Positions 54,982-64,000 of a stretch of DNA of 64,000 nt are shown here, one piece after another (within the stretch, counting starts at the first letter, position 1; each line of letters begins with the position of its first letter). The DNA is taken from positions 95,049-159,048 of the forward strand of contig CAZZLY010000001.1 of the NCBI GenBank assembly GCA_964655175.1, read 5' to 3'. The notes beneath the pieces are model-generated. The model had not been told where the DNA came from, made no database searches, and saw only the letters and a list, made by a program, of their open reading frames with translations. The DNA is from an uncultured bacterium. Its GTDB lineage: Bacteria; Eisenbacteria; RBG-16-71-46. The translations under genes were made by a program, and so were the position numbers.

Positions 54982-57198
54982 ATGTCGTCACCGCGCAACG
55001 CGGTGCGCCTCGACGTGAGCGCGCGCCAGCCCCGCACTTTCGACGTCCCGCGCAACCCGGACGGCCATCGCGCCCCGGTGAGCAGCTTCTTCGGCCGGCA
55101 CGTCCTCGACCTCATCAAGCTGCGCGAGAAGCTCCCGCGCGAGGTCTACAACGCCCTCCTCTCGACGCTGCGCAACGGCACGCCGTTGACGCGCGAGGTG
55201 GCCGAGACGGTCGCGTCCGTCGCGCGCGATTGGGCCGTGTCGCACGGCGCGACGCACTTCACGCACTGGTTCCAGCCCATGACCGGCCTGACGGCCGAGA
55301 AGCACGACAGCTTCGCCGATCTCAACGTGCAGATGCAGGGCGAGCTGCGCGTGCTCGAGAAGTTCTCGGGTTCGCAGCTGTGGCAGAGCGAGCCGGACGC
55401 GAGCTCGTTCCCCTCGGGCGGCATGCGCAGCACCTTCGAGGCGCGCGGCTACACGGCGTGGGACCCGAGCAGCCCGATGTTCCTGGTCGAGAGCACGAAC
55501 GGCCGCACGCTGTGCATCCCGAGCGCGTACATCAGCTATCACGGGCATTCGCTCGATCACAAGACGCCGCTGCTGCGTTCGATCGAGGTGCTGAGCAAGC
55601 ACGCGACCGCGTTCCTCAAGCTCCTCGGCGACGTCGACGTGAAGGCGGTCGCCACGACGCTCGGCTGCGAGCAGGAGTACTTCCTCGTGGACCGCTCGCA
55701 CCACGCGCTGCGGCCCGACCTCGTGCTGGGCGATCGCACGCTGCTGGGTGCGGCGTCGGCCCGGCATCAGCAGTTCGAGGACCACTACTTCGGCACGATC
55801 CCGGCGCGCGTGCTCGCGTTCATGGAGGAGATGGAGTACGAGCTCTATCGCCTCGGCATCCCGGTGCGCACGCGGCACAACGAGGTCGCGCCGATGCAGT
55901 TCGAGATGGCGCCGATCTTCGAGGACGTGAACCTCGCCAACGACCACAACGTGCTCGCCATGGACGTGGCGCGCCGCGTGGCGCTGCGGCACGACTTCGT
56001 GTGCGTGCTGCACGAGAAGCCGTTCGCCGGCATCAACGGCAGCGGTAAGCACTGCAACTGGTCCATGGCCACGGACCGTGGCGAGAACCTGCTCGACCCG
56101 GGCAAGACGCCGCACCAGAACCTGCGCTTCCTGGCGTTCCTCGCGGTCTGCCTCAAGGCCGTGCACGATCACTCGGTGGCGCTGCGTTGGTCGGTCTCGG
56201 GCGCGAACAACGACCTGCGTCTGGGCGCGAACGAGGCCCCGCCGGCCATCCTGTCGGCGTTCGTCGGCGCGCAGCTGACCGACATCATCGAGCGCCTCAT
56301 GAAGGGCGAGGCCGCCAAGGACCCCGAGCACTTCATGCTCGAGATGGGCGTGGGCAAGCTGCCGACGCTCGCCAAGGACAACACGGATCGCAACCGCACC
56401 TCGCCGTTCGCGTTCACGGGGAACAAGTTCGAGTTCCGTGCCGTGGGCAGCTCGCAGAACTGCGCCGTGCCCATGACGATCCTGAACGCCGCCGCCTCGG
56501 ACGCGCTGCACCAGATGACCGAGCGCCTCAAGAAGAAGCTCGACGCCAAGCCGGGTCACCGCGATCAGGCCGTGGTCGAACTGCTGCGCGAGGTGTTCAC
56601 CGAGAGCGCCGCGGTGCGCTTCGAGGGCAACGGCTACAGCGAGGAGTGGAAGGCCGAGGCCGCCAAGCGCGGTCTGCCGAACCTGGCCGACACGCCGGCC
56701 GCGATCGCCGAGGTCATGAAGAGCGAGCACCACGCGTTCCTCGTGAGCACCGGCGTCCTGTCGCAGCTCGAGGTGGACGCGCGCTTCAACGTCGCGGCGG
56801 AGCGTTACCTCAAGCAGGTCACGCTCGAGGCCGAGACGCTGGTGGACCTGCTCAACACCGCGGTCATCCCGGCCGTCGAGCGTCAGCTGGCCGCCACCGG
56901 GTCCGCGTGGCGCGTCGTGTCGGAGGCCGCCGGTTCGGCCAAGGGCTCGGCCTACGGCAAGCGGGTCACGGCGCTCGCGAACGGTCTCGAGGCGCTGCAG
57001 GACGGCGTCGCCAAGGTCGAGAAGCTGCTCGCCGGTCTGCACGGTGGTCACGACGAGGTCGCGGCCTGTCGCATGCTGGGTTCGCAGGTCCGTCCGCTCA
57101 TGTCGGAACTGCGCGCCACGGCCGACCATATGGAGTCGTTGATCGACGACGAGACCTGGCCGCTGCCCAAGTACCGCGAGATGCTGTTCGTGAAGTGA
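54982..57198 (+). CDS. glnA: Glutamine synthetase type III (GSIII, ~738 aa)
   Basis: GSIII N-terminal region (…HFTHWFQPMTGLTAEKHDSF…), catalytic region (…VAPMQFEMAPIFE…, …HEKPFAGINGSGKHCNWS…); ATG 54982 with AAGGAG RBS. Confidence 0.9.
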   Translation: MSSPRNAVRLDVSARQPRTFDVPRNPDGHRAPVSSFFGRHVLDLIKLREKLPREVYNALLSTLRNGTPLTREVAETVASVARDWAVSHGATHFTHWFQPMTGLTAEKHDSFADLNVQMQGELRVLEKFSGSQLWQSEPDASSFPSGGMRSTFEARGYTAWDPSSPMFLVESTNGRTLCIPSAYISYHGHSLDHKTPLLRSIEVLSKHATAFLKLLGDVDVKAVATTLGCEQEYFLVDRSHHALRPDLVLGDRTLLGAASARHQQFEDHYFGTIPARVLAFMEEMEYELYRLGIPVRTRHNEVAPMQFEMAPIFEDVNLANDHNVLAMDVARRVALRHDFVCVLHEKPFAGINGSGKHCNWSMATDRGENLLDPGKTPHQNLRFLAFLAVCLKAVHDHSVALRWSVSGANNDLRLGANEAPPAILSAFVGAQLTDIIERLMKGEAAKDPEHFMLEMGVGKLPTLAKDNTDRNRTSPFAFTGNKFEFRAVGSSQNCAVPMTILNAAASDALHQMTERLKKKLDAKPGHRDQAVVELLREVFTESAAVRFEGNGYSEEWKAEAAKRGLPNLADTPAAIAEVMKSEHHAFLVSTGVLSQLEVDARFNVAAERYLKQVTLEAETLVDLLNTAVIPAVERQLAATGSAWRVVSEAAGSAKGSAYGKRVTALANGLEALQDGVAKVEKLLAGLHGGHDEVAACRMLGSQVRPLMSELRATADHMESLIDDETWPLPKYREMLFVK

Positions 57199-57352
57199 CC
57201 CCCGCTGTCCGTGGGCCGGGGGAGGACGTCGCGAGGGCCGTCGGGGCGACCCGACGGCCCTTCGCGTCGGTGGCTGCGCGTTCTGGAGTGACGTCGCGGC
57301 ATGCGATAGATTCGGGGTTCGCACGACCCACCTCCCCGCATCGGAGTCCCTC

Positions 57353-59677
57353 TTGGCCGTCGTCTCCCTGAATCCCGCACAGCTCGAGGCCGTCGAACAC
57401 GAACGCGGTCCCGCCCTCGTCATCGCCGGCGCCGGTTCGGGCAAGACCCGTGTGCTCACCGGTCGCGTGGCGCGATTGCTCGAGCGCGGCGTGCCCGCCG
57501 AGGCCATCCTCGCGTTCACGTTCACGAACCGCGCCGCCAAGGAGATGCGCGAGCGCATCCTGCACCAGCTGGGACCCGGCGCCGCCGGCGTGTGGATCGG
57601 CACCTTCCACGCCACCGCGATGCGCATCCTGCGGCGCGAGGCGGGCACGTTGGGGCTGCCGCCGGGCTTCAGCATCTACGATCGTGACGATCAGGAGGGC
57701 GTGATCCGCCAGCTCGTGCGCGAGTCGGGTCTGCCCGACACCCTGTACAAGACCGGCATCGTGCTCGGCCGCATCTCGGACGCGAAGAACGCACTCGTGC
57801 GTCCCGACGAGATGGCGCGCGTCGCGCTCTCGGACTTCGATCGCAACGTCGCGACCTTCTACGCCAAGTACCAGACCGCGCTGCGCAAGGCGGGCGCGCT
57901 CGACTTCGACGACCTCATCGGCGAGACCGTGCGGCTGTGGATCGACTTCCCGCAGGCGGGCGAGCGCTGGTCGCGGCGATTCCAGCACCTGCTCGTGGAC
58001 GAGTACCAGGACACGAACCACGCGCAGTTCCGGCTCGTGCAGGCGCTGGGCAACGTGCACGGCAACGTCTTCGTGGTCGGCGACGACGACCAGAGCATCT
58101 ACGGCTGGCGCGGTGCGGACCTCGCCAACGTGCTCGATTTCGAGCGCGCGTTCCCGGGCGCGGTCACCATCCGGCTCGAGCAGAACTACCGCAGCACGAG
58201 CAACATCCTCGATGCCGCCAACGCGGTGATCGCGAACAACGTCGCCCGCAAGGGCAAGACGCTGTGGAGCACGCGCGGCGCCGGTGCGCCGATCCAGTTC
58301 GTCCTCACGCCCGATGAGACGTTCGAGGCGCGTCGCATCCGGCATTGGCTGCAGAAGCAGCAGGTGCGCGGGCGGCGGTTGACCGATTGCGCCGTGCTCT
58401 ACCGCACCAACGCCCAGTCGCGCGCCCTCGAAACCGAGATGCGCCAGAACGGCGTGCCCTACGAGATCGTGGGCGGCGTGTCGTTCTTCCAGCGGCGCGA
58501 GGTCAAGGACATGCTCGCGTATCTGCGGCTGGCGGTGAACCCGCTCGACGCGACCTCGTTCTTCCGCGTCTGGAACACGCCGCGCCGCGGCCTCGGGCCC
58601 GCGGTCGAATCGCAGGTGCGTGCCCGGCTCGTGCTGCCCGGCATGGACCCGACCACCGCGTTGCGCGGGCTGCTGCAGGACGGGGCGCTCAAGGGCGCGG
58701 CGCGCGCGGGCGCTGGGCAGTTCCTCGCGCTCATGGACGAGCTGCGCGCGCGTGTGAACGATCCCGTGGATCAGGTCATGGCGCTGCTCCTCGAGAAGAG
58801 CGGCTACCTCGAGCATCTCGATGCGGCCGGTGAGGAGGACCTCGCCGAGCGCCGCTCCAACGTCGAGGAACTCGGCGTGGCCGCCGCGCACTTCGCGGCG
58901 TTGCACGCGGCCGACGACCCGGCGCAGCGCAACCTGCTCGCCTGGTTGTCCGAATGCTCGCTGCTCACCGACGCCGATCGCGTCACCGACGGCGAACGCG
59001 TGCTGCTGCTCACCGTGCACAACGCCAAGGGCCTCGAGTTCGATGCGGTCGCCATCGCCGGACTCGAGGAGGGCCTCATGCCGCACGCCTCGTCGCTCGA
59101 GTCGTCGGACCAGCTCGAGGAGGAGCGGCGACTCTTCTACGTGGCGCTCACGCGCGCGCGTGACGAGGTGCTCCTCACCGCGGCCGCCTATCGCCGTCGC
59201 TACGACGGTGCGTGGGGTTCGGCCGTCTCGCGCTTCGTCTCGGAGATCCCCGACACGCTCGTGGAGCGTGAGGAGGGTGCGGCCGGAACGAGTGATCGTG
59301 TCGGGGCGGGTGCGGGTTCGCGATACGGGGGCGGCGCGAGCGGTGGCCCGCGTCGCGACTGGAGCGATCGCTCCGGCCCGCCGAAGCGCATCCCCGCGGG
59401 CAGCGCGCGACCGTCGTTCGCGCAGCGCGAGGGGGACGAGTGGGACAGCGGGGATCCGGGCGACAAGGAACCCATGATGATCCCGACCGTGGGCGGCGGG
59501 CGCAGCGCCAGCGCCAAGCGCGCGATCGGCAAGCGGGTCATGCACGAGAAGTTCGGCGTCGGCAAGGTCGAGGACGCCGAGGGTGACGGACCGGACATGA
59601 AGCTCACCGTGCGGTTCGCGACCTCGATCAAGAAGGTGCTCGCACGGTTCGTGACGGGGGTGGGCGATGGCGATTGA
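57353..59677 (+). CDS. ATP-dependent DNA helicase, UvrD/PcrA/Rep family
   Basis: LNPAQLEAVEH…ALVIAGAGSGKTRVLTGR (Walker A), …LLVDEYQDTN… (motif II), C-terminal UvrD-like region; TTG-type start. Confidence 0.85.
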   Translation: MAVVSLNPAQLEAVEHERGPALVIAGAGSGKTRVLTGRVARLLERGVPAEAILAFTFTNRAAKEMRERILHQLGPGAAGVWIGTFHATAMRILRREAGTLGLPPGFSIYDRDDQEGVIRQLVRESGLPDTLYKTGIVLGRISDAKNALVRPDEMARVALSDFDRNVATFYAKYQTALRKAGALDFDDLIGETVRLWIDFPQAGERWSRRFQHLLVDEYQDTNHAQFRLVQALGNVHGNVFVVGDDDQSIYGWRGADLANVLDFERAFPGAVTIRLEQNYRSTSNILDAANAVIANNVARKGKTLWSTRGAGAPIQFVLTPDETFEARRIRHWLQKQQVRGRRLTDCAVLYRTNAQSRALETEMRQNGVPYEIVGGVSFFQRREVKDMLAYLRLAVNPLDATSFFRVWNTPRRGLGPAVESQVRARLVLPGMDPTTALRGLLQDGALKGAARAGAGQFLALMDELRARVNDPVDQVMALLLEKSGYLEHLDAAGEEDLAERRSNVEELGVAAAHFAALHAADDPAQRNLLAWLSECSLLTDADRVTDGERVLLLTVHNAKGLEFDAVAIAGLEEGLMPHASSLESSDQLEEERRLFYVALTRARDEVLLTAAAYRRRYDGAWGSAVSRFVSEIPDTLVEREEGAAGTSDRVGAGAGSRYGGGASGGPRRDWSDRSGPPKRIPAGSARPSFAQREGDEWDSGDPGDKEPMMIPTVGGGRSASAKRAIGKRVMHEKFGVGKVEDAEGDGPDMKLTVRFATSIKKVLARFVTGVGDGD

Positions 59678-59966
59678 TCGCGCCGAAGCCGCGCGCATCG
59701 CGGAGCTCGCGCGGATCGAGCTGCCCGAGTCCGAGCAGGACACCGTGGCGCGGCAGTTGTCGCAGGTCCTCGAGTTCGTGGCGACGCTCGACGAACTCGA
59801 TCTGAGCACGCTCGAGCCCACGGTGCTCACGCCCGAGCACGCGGTCCCGCGTGCGGACGCGCCGGACGGCCGGACGCTCGATGCCGACCGCGCCACCGCC
59901 AACGCCCCCGAGTCCGAGCACGGGTTCTTCCTCGTGCCGCCGGTGGTCGAGAGCCTCACGTCGTGA
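59667..59966 (+). CDS. gatC: Asp-tRNA(Asn)/Glu-tRNA(Gln) amidotransferase subunit C
   Basis: 99 aa, …IAELARIELPESEQDTVARQLSQVLEFV… GatC pattern, precedes gatA/gatB. Confidence 0.85.
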   Translation: MAIDRAEAARIAELARIELPESEQDTVARQLSQVLEFVATLDELDLSTLEPTVLTPEHAVPRADAPDGRTLDADRATANAPESEHGFFLVPPVVESLTS

Positions 59967-61432
59967 CCGTCTGGTCGCGTCGTTCGGCCCGGGCCGTCGC
60001 GGCGGGGGTGCGCGCGGGAACGGTCACGCCCGAAGCGGTGGTCGCGGAGGCGTTCGACGGGATCGCGCCGCGCTTCGAGCCGCAGGTGAACGCGGTCGTG
60101 CACACCGACCCCGAGGCGCGTCATGCGAACGCCGTCGCCGCGCGTCGCGACGGCCCGCTCGCCGGTGTGCCGGTGCTGGTGAAGGACAACCTGTGCAGCA
60201 CCGACTTCGCGACCACCTGTGGTTCGCGCATCCTGGGCGACTTCCGCGCGCCCTACGACGCCACCGTGGTGGCGCGGCTGCGCGAGGCCGGCGCGGTGGT
60301 GGTGGGCAAGGCCAACATGGACGAGTTCGCGATGGGCTCGTCCACCGAGTTCAGTGCGCACGGCCCGACCCGCAATCCCTACGACCTCGCGCGCGTGCCC
60401 GGCGGTTCGTCGGGCGGTTCGGCCGCCGCGGTCGCCTACGGCCTCGTGCCGGTGGCGTTGGGGAGCGACACCGGTGGTTCGGTGCGGCAGCCGGCGGCGT
60501 TCTGCGGCGTGTACGGCCTCAAGCCCACCTACGGACGCTTCTCGCGCTACGGTCTGGTCGCGTTCGGCTCCTCGCTCGATCAGGTGGGCGTGTTCGCGCG
60601 TCACGTGGACGACGTCGCGACGATGTTCGAGGTGTTGGCCGGGGAGGATCCTTTCGACGCGAGTTCGCGCACGACGCCCGTCCCCGACGTCTCGGGTTGG
60701 GACTCGGGGGTCGCCGGTCTGCGCTTCGGTTGGCCCGCGAACCTGTGGCGCGAAGGGGTGGACCCCGCGCTCGTCGAGGCGCTCGAACGTGCGGCCGCAT
60801 CGCTCGAACGCGCGGGCGCGGTGCGCGTGCCGTTCGACTTCCTGCCCGGACGCTACGCGGTCGCGGCCTACTACTTGATCGCGACCGCCGAGGCGAGCAG
60901 CAACCTGGCGCGTTTCGACGGCGTGCGTTACGGCGCGCGCGAGGGCGGCGACGACCTCATGTCGCTCTATCGCCGCACGCGCGGCGAGGGCTTCGGGCCC
61001 GAGGTGCGGCGCCGCATCCTGCTCGGGACCTACGCGCTCTCGGCGGGTTATCACGACGCGTACTACGCCAAGGCGCAGCGCGCACGCACGCGCATCGTGC
61101 AGGAGTACCGCGAGGCGTTCGCGCACTGCGACCTCATGCTGCTGCCGACGACGCCGACGCTGCCGTTCAAGATGGGCGAGAAGACCGACGATCCGTTGGC
61201 GATGTACCTGTCCGACGTGTTCACGATCGGCGCCAATCTGGCCGGCATCCCCGGACTCACCGTGCCCATGGGACTCGAGCCCGGCGGGCTGCCGGTGGCG
61301 GTGCAGTTGCTCGCGCCCGCGGACGGCGAACCCGCGTTGCTGCGCGCCGCGCGTGCGCTCGAGATGGACGGCGACACGGCGCGCCTCGCGCGCGGCCCGG
61401 AACGGGAGGTGGCATGGCCTGGGAGGTCGTGA
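59963..61432 (+). CDS. gatA: Asp-tRNA(Asn)/Glu-tRNA(Gln) amidotransferase subunit A (amidase)
   Basis: Amidase signature …GGSSGGSAAAVA…, …LGSDTGGSVRQPAAFCGVYGLKPTYG…. Confidence 0.95.
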   Translation: MTVWSRRSARAVAAGVRAGTVTPEAVVAEAFDGIAPRFEPQVNAVVHTDPEARHANAVAARRDGPLAGVPVLVKDNLCSTDFATTCGSRILGDFRAPYDATVVARLREAGAVVVGKANMDEFAMGSSTEFSAHGPTRNPYDLARVPGGSSGGSAAAVAYGLVPVALGSDTGGSVRQPAAFCGVYGLKPTYGRFSRYGLVAFGSSLDQVGVFARHVDDVATMFEVLAGEDPFDASSRTTPVPDVSGWDSGVAGLRFGWPANLWREGVDPALVEALERAAASLERAGAVRVPFDFLPGRYAVAAYYLIATAEASSNLARFDGVRYGAREGGDDLMSLYRRTRGEGFGPEVRRRILLGTYALSAGYHDAYYAKAQRARTRIVQEYREAFAHCDLMLLPTTPTLPFKMGEKTDDPLAMYLSDVFTIGANLAGIPGLTVPMGLEPGGLPVAVQLLAPADGEPALLRAARALEMDGDTARLARGPEREVAWPGRS

Positions 61433-62874
61433 TCGGGCTGGAGTGCCACATCCAGCTGGCCACCCGCAGCAAGATGTTCTGCGGCTGCCCGGTGGCGTTC
61501 GGCGCGGAGCCGGACACGAACGTGTGCCCGGTCTGTCTGGGCCTGCCCGGGGCGTTGCCGCGCGTGAACGCTCGCGCGATCGAGGCGGCGATCGCGCTGG
61601 GGACGGCGCTCGGTTGTCGCATCGCCGGGACGAGCGTGTTCGCGCGCAAGAACTACTTCTATCCCGACATGCCCAAGAACTATCAGATCACGCAGTACGA
61701 TCGGCCGATCTGCCTGGGCGGTGCGGTGCCGGTCACGCTCGAGGGCGCGGCGCACGAGGTCGTGCTCACGCGCATCCATCTCGAGGAGGACGCGGGCAAG
61801 TCGTTCCATCCCGAACGGCACGGTGATCGACGGCTGTCGCGCGTGGATTACAACCGCGCCGGGGTGCCCCTGCTGGAACTCGTGACCGAGCCGGTGCTGC
61901 GGTCGCCCGCGGAATGCGCCGCGTTCCTCACGCAACTGCGCCGCCTCGTGCGCTGGCTCGGGATCTCCGGCGGCGACATGGAGAAGGGCCAGCTGCGGTG
62001 CGACGCCAACGTGAGCCTGCGCCCCGTGGGCGCGACGACGCTGGGCACCAAGACCGAGCTCAAGAACCTCAACACGATCAAGGGGGTCGAGCGCGGCGTC
62101 ACCGCCGAGATCGCCCGACAGACGGCGTTGCTCGAGGCCGGCGAGCGCATCGTGCAGGCGACGCTGCTGTTCGACGCCGATCGCGATGCGCTCGAGATCA
62201 TGCGCACCAAGGAGCAGGCGCACGATTACCGGTACTTCCCGGATCCCGACCTGCCGCCGGTCGAGGTGAGCGAGGCCGCGTTGTCCGCGGCGCGCGAGAG
62301 CGCCCCCGAATCGCCGTGGGCGCGCGAGGCGCGCTATCGCGAGCAGTGGTCGCTGCCCGCCTACGATGCGCAGGTGCTCACCGAGAACCGGGACGTCTCG
62401 GAGTATTTCGAAGCGTGTCTGCCGTCGAACGACCCGGCGGGTGCCAAGCTCGCCAGCAATTGGGTCATGCGCGACGTCCTCGGGGCCTTGAACACGCGTG
62501 GCTGGAGCATGGCCGACTGGGCGGAGCGCGTGCCCGCGTCGCGATTGCGCGAGATGCTCGTGCGGCTCGCGGCCAGGGAGTTGCCCGGACCCGTCGCGCG
62601 CGAACTGTTCGCGTGGTTGCAGGACGAGGACGGCACCGTCGCGGAACTGCTCGAGCGCCACGGGGTCAAGGTGTCCGGCAGCGCCGACGAACTGCGTCCG
62701 ATCGTGCGCGCGGTGCTCGACGAGAACCCCGGCCCCGTGCAGCAGGTGCTCGAGGGTCGCGAGGCCACGTTCGGGTTCCTCGTGGGTCAGGTCATGAAGC
62801 GCAGCCGCGGCGCCGTACCGCAGGTCGTCAACCAGCTGCTCCGCGAGGAGCTGGCGACGCGGAAGCCGTCGTGA
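61414..62874 (+). CDS. gatB: Asp-tRNA(Asn)/Glu-tRNA(Gln) amidotransferase subunit B
   Basis: MAWEVVIGLECHIQLATRSKMFCGC… GatB N-terminal signature; GGGAGG RBS; overlaps gatA 3' end. Confidence 0.95.
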   Translation: MAWEVVIGLECHIQLATRSKMFCGCPVAFGAEPDTNVCPVCLGLPGALPRVNARAIEAAIALGTALGCRIAGTSVFARKNYFYPDMPKNYQITQYDRPICLGGAVPVTLEGAAHEVVLTRIHLEEDAGKSFHPERHGDRRLSRVDYNRAGVPLLELVTEPVLRSPAECAAFLTQLRRLVRWLGISGGDMEKGQLRCDANVSLRPVGATTLGTKTELKNLNTIKGVERGVTAEIARQTALLEAGERIVQATLLFDADRDALEIMRTKEQAHDYRYFPDPDLPPVEVSEAALSAARESAPESPWAREARYREQWSLPAYDAQVLTENRDVSEYFEACLPSNDPAGAKLASNWVMRDVLGALNTRGWSMADWAERVPASRLREMLVRLAARELPGPVARELFAWLQDEDGTVAELLERHGVKVSGSADELRPIVRAVLDENPGPVQQVLEGREATFGFLVGQVMKRSRGAVPQVVNQLLREELATRKPS

Positions 62875-63515
62875 GCCTGGCGGGCGAGGGGTTCCGCGAG
62901 CGAGTGACCGCTGCGGTGGGCACGCCCATCGACGGCACGTTGGGTTCGCGGTTCGTGGCGCCGCTCGTGACCTGGCTCGTCGCCGACGCGTCGGCCGGCG
63001 ACGAACTCGCGGACGCGCTCGCCGGCACGATGCGCGCACTCGAGCGCGTCGGGGTGTTGCGTGGCCGACAGTTCGTGCTGCTCGGCGGGGAGGCGTCGGC
63101 CTCGGTCGAGGCGCGCGCGCGCGCCCGGGCCCTGCGCGCGATCCTCGGCGTCCCCGTCCTGGTGCACGATCCCGCCCGCGAGGGTTTCGTCGCGGGCACG
63201 TTGGCCGACGGGACCGCGATCGAGCTCGACGACGAACTGCGTGAGGCCGAGGCCATCGTGGTGGTGGCGGGCGGAAGCCCCGAGGCGATCGCCGGTGCGG
63301 TGGTCCCCGGCGTCTCGTGCGCGGGCACGCGCGCCGCCTGTGCGCGCGCCGTTGCGCACGGCGTGGTGGCGCACTGGGCGTTCGTGCGCGCCGCCGAGGC
63401 GCAGGCGCCGATCGACCTGATGGTGTGGTGGGACGCTTCGGGTGCGGTCTCGGCCGCGTCCGGTCGCGAGGCGCTCGCGCGCTTCGCGCAGGCCGGCTCG
63501 CCGGAATCCGCGTGA
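62871..63515 (+). CDS. Hypothetical protein (214 aa), translationally coupled to gatB (GTGA overlap)
   Basis: Open frame with host-like codon usage (third-position GC) filling the gatB-purD gap; no recognisable motifs. Confidence 0.45.
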   Translation: MSLAGEGFRERVTAAVGTPIDGTLGSRFVAPLVTWLVADASAGDELADALAGTMRALERVGVLRGRQFVLLGGEASASVEARARARALRAILGVPVLVHDPAREGFVAGTLADGTAIELDDELREAEAIVVVAGGSPEAIAGAVVPGVSCAGTRAACARAVAHGVVAHWAFVRAAEAQAPIDLMVWWDASGAVSAASGREALARFAQAGSPESA

Positions 63516-63566
63516 ATCGCGTGCGAGGCTTGACCCTCCGCGCGCCGCGCACCTAGATTGCGCGCC

Positions 63567-64000
63567 ATGACCCTGCGCATCCTGGTCCTCGGCTCCGGTG
63601 GTCGTGAACACGCGCTCGCGTGGCGACTCGCCCGCGACCCCGAGCGGCCCGAGGTGATCGTGGCGCCGGGCAACGACGGCATGGCGCAGCAGTTCGCGCG
63701 GCTCGCGGTGTCCGAGACCGATCCGTCCGCGGTGGTCGCGTTGGCGACCCGGGAACGCATCGGCCTCGTCGTCGTCGGCCCCGAGGCTCCGCTCGCCGCC
63801 GGCGTCTCGGATGCACTCGTCGCGGCCGGTATCCCCGTTTCGGGCGCATCGCAGGCGGCCGCGCGACTCGAATCCAGCAAATGGTTCGCCAAGACGGTCA
63901 TGCAGGCGGCCCACGTGCCCACCGCACGCGCCGAGGTGTTCGACCGACTGGCGGACGCGGTCGCCGCACTCGAGGGGTTCGGACCGACGTGGGTGATCAA
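63567..64000 (+). CDS. purD: Phosphoribosylamine--glycine ligase, N-terminal fragment (runs off window end)
   Basis: MTLRILVLGSGGREHALAWRLA… PurD N-domain signature; no stop within window. Confidence 0.85.
   Translation, partial: MTLRILVLGSGGREHALAWRLARDPERPEVIVAPGNDGMAQQFARLAVSETDPSAVVALATRERIGLVVVGPEAPLAAGVSDALVAAGIPVSGASQAAARLESSKWFAKTVMQAAHVPTARAEVFDRLADAVAALEGFGPTWVI

Noticed and set aside
57098-61126. 1342-aa antisense ORF opposite the helicase, gatC and gatA genes
   Set aside because: Spans three conserved genes on the opposite strand; an absence of stop codons is expected by chance at ~70% GC.
61063-63552. 829-aa antisense ORF opposite gatB and the downstream gene
   Set aside because: Extremely Arg/Pro/Ala-rich translation, antisense to gatB; an artefact.

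Overview
This is a high-GC (~70%) window from a diderm bacterium. It encodes BamA, TamB and an LPS heptosyltransferase, and several secreted proteins carry FlgD-Ig/T9SS-type C-terminal sorting domains, which suggests Gemmatimonadota or a related FCB-group lineage. Lineage is an inference.

The first ~28 kb is housekeeping. It holds a partial patatin-like lipase gene, rnhA, an RNase P RNA gene and recJ. Then come rel, dtd and maf, followed by the rplM-rpsI and rpsB-tsf-pyrH-frr ribosomal/translation genes. Next is the conserved uppS-cdsA-dxr-[4 glycosyltransferases]-rseP-bamA-tamB block. It ends with an unusual Omp85-family chimera carrying peptidase-MA-like and PD40 beta-propeller domains.

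From ~28.8 to 54.6 kb lies a large alpha-glucan (starch/glycogen) utilisation locus that looks non-canonical. Its parts are:
- cytoplasmic GH13 plus MalQ
- two secreted GH13 enzymes with CBM48/glycogen-binding modules, one with a T9SS-type C-terminal domain
- a CBM20-esterase fusion
- lipoproteins made of tandem glycogen-binding domains, built from near-identical 318-bp DNA repeats
- three consecutive outer-membrane beta-barrels, one fused to a glycogen-binding domain
- three paralogous secreted CBM20-repeat proteins
- a MalEFG-like ABC importer without an ATPase gene

The window ends with type III glutamine synthetase, a UvrD/PcrA helicase, gatCAB, a small hypothetical gene and the start of purD.

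Many adjacent genes overlap by ATGA/GTGA (translational coupling). The numerous long antisense ORFs are GC-content artefacts and were not called.
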